DNA of 64,000 bases. Origin: a virus. Made by a program: the position numbers and the translations under genes. The stretch covers positions 1-64,000 of the IMG/VR virus record IMGVR_UViG_3300035704_000002. One strand, given 5' to 3'. Below, piece after piece: positions 60,775 to 64,000 of this stretch. The notes beneath the pieces were generated by a model. The model saw nothing but the letters and a program-made list of their open reading frames with translations, did not search any database and had not been told where the DNA came from. The stretch's first letter is position 1, and every line of letters starts with the position of its first letter.

Positions 60775-63700
60775 GTGGGTACGCCGACGATCATGGGTGC
60801 GGGGCTGCCCGCGTTCCTGGAGTACAAGACCGCACTGTCGGGCGCACCGCGTGAACTGGTCGAACCGGACGCGCCGATGGAGTTCAAGACCGCCGTGCTG
60901 ACCGCGCCGCCGGGCACGGTGCTTCGGCCCAGCGATGTCAGTGCGGACGCGCACGAGGTTACGGCCGTGATCGCGGTGACGGGCGTGCTGGACGAGGTGG
61001 GCGACGTGATCGTGCCGGGTGCGTTCGCCGACACGCTGCGCGAGCGGCCTCGGCCGAAGGTCTGCCTGGGTCACGACTGGAACCGGCCCATCGGTAAGAC
61101 GAAGTGGATCAAGGAACTGTTGCCGGGTGACCCCGGCCTGCCGCCGACCACCTATGACGGTAAGGCGTGGCCCGCCGAGGCCGGCGCCGTGCTGGCTCGT
61201 TACGTCCCGGACATGTCCACTCCGGATGGCAACAACGCCTACCACAGCGCCAAGTTCTTCGGCCCCGAGGAATCCACGTTCAGCTTCGGCTACAAGACAC
61301 AGAACTCCGAGCGCCGCAACGGCAGGCGCTACCTGAAGAAGCTCGCCGTGTACGAGTACGGCCCGGTGCTCAACCCGGCCAACCGGCTGGCCACGTTGCA
61401 GGAGATCAAGACCGACGAGCCGGACAGCCTGGAAAGCAAGGTCAAGCAGGTTCGTGACGTCGCGTACTGGGGCGAACCCTACGGCTCGCCGATCGGCGAG
61501 CACACGCACCCGCACGGGCCGAAGGCGCGGGCCGAGCGCCGGGCCGGTCGCGTGCCCTCCCGCTCGGTCGGCATCATGGAGCCCGGACACGCACCCCCCG
61601 TCGCACCCAAGATCAGCACGGCGGATCGTGCCGCCGAGATCGAACACACCGGCCTGTTCCCCGAGCCGGCGTCCGCCGCGCGCGCGCTGCCCGGTCCGCG
61701 CGCCACCGGCGCGGACCAGCAGCACATCGACGCTCTCGCCGGACACATCCGTGACGGGCTGGCCGAACCGGAGGCCGACGACGAAGACCGCGCCGCCGTC
61801 GACAAGGCGGTGCGCGGCCTGCTCACCGAGGCCATCACCCCGAACGAGGTGCACGACCGGCTCGCCGCCCATCCCGAGATCACGGCCGGCGCCGACGCGC
61901 ACAACGAGGCGGTGGACCGGGTCGGCCGCGACTACGCGGCGCGCTACGGCGCCCTGGCCGCCGAGCAACAGCGCGTGCGCACGCAGGCGGGTACGCCGCT
62001 GCCGCCGGAGCGGTTCACCGGGATGACCAACACCCAACTGCGCGGACACGAGAACGCCAGCCAGCAGATCCTGAGCGACCTGACCACATCGGGCGTCGGC
62101 CACGACGAACCGTCCGCACAGCTCGCCTCGGCCAACATCCAGGGCGCCCAGCACGAGATGGCGCTACGCGCGCGGGCCGCGCGTGAACATCCGGCCGTGC
62201 TCAAGGCGCACGCGCAGGGTGAAGCGCTGTTCCGCAAGAACCCGGCGCAGGCCGCGACGCGCGCCGATGCGATGCAGTCGGTACTGGAGGAGCTGCACCG
62301 CCAGCAGGCCGTGAAGCCACCACCGCAGGGCAGCCGCGCGGAGCGGATGCCGCACCAGATCCAGGCCATGATGCGGGGTCTGCGTGGCGTGTCGGGTGGC
62401 AGCAAGGAGACGCCACTTCCCTCGACTAACCGAGCTGAGCCGGCTAGTGTAGAGAGCATGCCCGAGGAGCCCGCCAAGCCAGCCCGCCGCATCCTGAGCG
62501 ACTTCAGCGACGCCGAACTGGCGAAGGAGAAGGACAAGGCCGCCCACACCGTGTTCATCCACGCGCAGCGGCCCGATGGCGCGCGTGCCCGAAAGCGCCT
62601 CGCTGCTATCCAGGTCGAACGAGACCGACGCAACGACGCCGCCCGACGCAGCGTGCCCGCCCACTCACTGGCGCCCGCCGACTACCAGGCCGCGCAGGAT
62701 CACGCCCTGAACACCCGGTTCGCGCAGCAGGAGATGACGCGGCAGAACGATCAGGTCGACAAGCACAACGCCCGCATCACCAGCGCCGAACAGACCGCCG
62801 CCAGCGCGCCGGCCACGATCGACCACGCGCCCGAGGGCACCGAGATCGTCGGCGGCGGTCGGCTACTGCTGGCCAATGGCACCACCAACTCCTGGTCCCT
62901 GCGCAGCGCGGACAACAAGCACCTGCTGGGTGCCGACGACTTCGCCACACTGAAAGGCGGCAAGGCGAAGCTGAGTCGGGCCAAGATCAACGACCTGGCC
63001 GACCACGTCGCCGGCATCCGTGACAGCAATGGCAACCGGGTGCCCTTCACCGCGCCCAACTCCGCCGACTGGGCGCCCGGCTTCCGCGACGAGCACGGTA
63101 ACAACCTGGTCGGCGCGAGCGCCCTGGCCGTGCGGGACTGGACCGGGCGTAACGGCGTCGGCGTGCACAAGAACTCACGATTCGCCCGTAACGTCACGCC
63201 GGCCGGCGGTCGCCTCTCCCGCACCGACAAGCCCGACGCCGACGGCTTCTATCCACGCCAGCCCATCGGCAACGCCCGACCCGGCGACGAGGTCACCACG
63301 CCCGACGGCCACGTCAAGACCGTGGTGCGCACCTCGCGCGCCGAGCACACGCACGACACGCGCGGCAACTACGTCCAACCCTCGCACCGCACCTCCACCA
63401 CCACGCTGCACTTCGGCGACGACACCAGCCACTCCGAACAGCGCAACGACTACGGCGGCAGGGGCACCATCGGCATCCGGTACGCCAACGGCGCCTCGCC
63501 GATGGACGCCTCGCGCGCGGCCGACCCCGGCATGGGCTTCACCTCCGCATCCAACATCGGCAGCCGACCCGGCAGCATCGACACCCCCTCGGCCAAGAAG
63601 TTCGACCAGGAGGCCGCCACCGCGCTACGCAACACCCCCGCCCCCGGCACCCGGTTCACCGAAGCGCGCAGCGAAGGGCAGGACTACAAAGATCAGCGAC

Positions 63701-64000
63701 CGAAGGTCGGCACGATCACCGATCGCGTCGGTCAGGTCCAGGGCGCTCCGGCCCGCGTGGTCGAGTACGACGACGGCACTTTCGACGCCATGACGCCGGC
63801 CGGCCTGGGCAAGATCAACGCTTCGCCCAGCGAAGATGAGGTCAACGAAGCGCGCTCCGCGTGGGGACTGCCGCGCACCGGGTCCGACCACGCCACCGAA
63901 GCGGCGCGCGCCGCCACTGAGGCCGCCGCGCCCGATCGTGCCGAACCGCGCCGGGTGGCGCCCAGCGAAGTGCCAACCCCGAAGACCCCGAACGTGCCCG
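60775..64000 (+). CDS. HK97-type prohead protease with a very long C-terminal extension (runs off the window)
   Basis: GGAGG RBS; DEVGDVIVPGAF, GHDWNRPIG, FSFGY, VYEYGPVLNPAN; no stop seen to 64000, so absent from the ORF track. Confidence 0.88.
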   Translation, partial: MGTPTIMGAGLPAFLEYKTALSGAPRELVEPDAPMEFKTAVLTAPPGTVLRPSDVSADAHEVTAVIAVTGVLDEVGDVIVPGAFADTLRERPRPKVCLGHDWNRPIGKTKWIKELLPGDPGLPPTTYDGKAWPAEAGAVLARYVPDMSTPDGNNAYHSAKFFGPEESTFSFGYKTQNSERRNGRRYLKKLAVYEYGPVLNPANRLATLQEIKTDEPDSLESKVKQVRDVAYWGEPYGSPIGEHTHPHGPKARAERRAGRVPSRSVGIMEPGHAPPVAPKISTADRAAEIEHTGLFPEPASAARALPGPRATGADQQHIDALAGHIRDGLAEPEADDEDRAAVDKAVRGLLTEAITPNEVHDRLAAHPEITAGADAHNEAVDRVGRDYAARYGALAAEQQRVRTQAGTPLPPERFTGMTNTQLRGHENASQQILSDLTTSGVGHDEPSAQLASANIQGAQHEMALRARAAREHPAVLKAHAQGEALFRKNPAQAATRADAMQSVLEELHRQQAVKPPPQGSRAERMPHQIQAMMRGLRGVSGGSKETPLPSTNRAEPASVESMPEEPAKPARRILSDFSDAELAKEKDKAAHTVFIHAQRPDGARARKRLAAIQVERDRRNDAARRSVPAHSLAPADYQAAQDHALNTRFAQQEMTRQNDQVDKHNARITSAEQTAASAPATIDHAPEGTEIVGGGRLLLANGTTNSWSLRSADNKHLLGADDFATLKGGKAKLSRAKINDLADHVAGIRDSNGNRVPFTAPNSADWAPGFRDEHGNNLVGASALAVRDWTGRNGVGVHKNSRFARNVTPAGGRLSRTDKPDADGFYPRQPIGNARPGDEVTTPDGHVKTVVRTSRAEHTHDTRGNYVQPSHRTSTTTLHFGDDTSHSEQRNDYGGRGTIGIRYANGASPMDASRAADPGMGFTSASNIGSRPGSIDTPSAKKFDQEAATALRNTPAPGTRFTEARSEGQDYKDQRPKVGTITDRVGQVQGAPARVVEYDDGTFDAMTPAGLGKINASPSEDEVNEARSAWGLPRTGSDHATEAARAATEAAAPDRAEPRRVAPSEVPTPKTPNVP
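62422..62450 (+). promoter_or_regulatory. Motif promoter copy embedded inside the protease ORF
   Basis: TCGACT-AACCGAGCTGAGCCGGC-TAGTGT-7 nt-in-frame ATG(62458). Confidence 0.6.

Noticed and set aside
1-64000. tRNA, rRNA, integrase, DNA polymerase, major capsid or tail genes
   Set aside because: None recognised in this window; capsid and tail genes probably lie beyond 64000

Overview
High-GC actinobacterial phage or phage-plasmid segment (prophage, plasmid-prophage or virion genome; host genus not determinable). 1-41.7 kb is a dense array of small, mostly minus-strand accessory/early genes: DpdA/TGT-like protein, kinase, HD hydrolase, MazG-like, DUF262, Topo VI-A-like Toprim, WhiB1-like, HTH, free HNH and an isolated terminase large subunit. 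These are punctuated by copies of a sigma70-type promoter (about 27 in the window) whose 17-bp spacer is a conserved palindrome (AGCC-N-GGCT); about 18 copies feed leaderless start codons. 41.9-50.5 kb is a Streptomyces-plasmid/AICE-type transfer module (TraB-like FtsK, Spd-like membrane proteins, divergent KorSA-like GntR). 51.2-64 kb is the start of the head module: portal, MuF-like protein, AAA ATPase, a modular 2H-phosphoesterase protein and an HK97-type prohead protease running off the window. The most striking feature is two unrelated inteins (53528-54565, 58551-59414) with no recognisable sense-frame endonuclease, each carrying an apparently complete nuclease gene on the OPPOSITE strand, codon-in-register (HTH-HTH-Vsr/DUF559-like; Endonuclease VII-like). 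Family calls are motif recognition by eye; no searches were run. No rRNA, tRNA or CRISPR array was seen.
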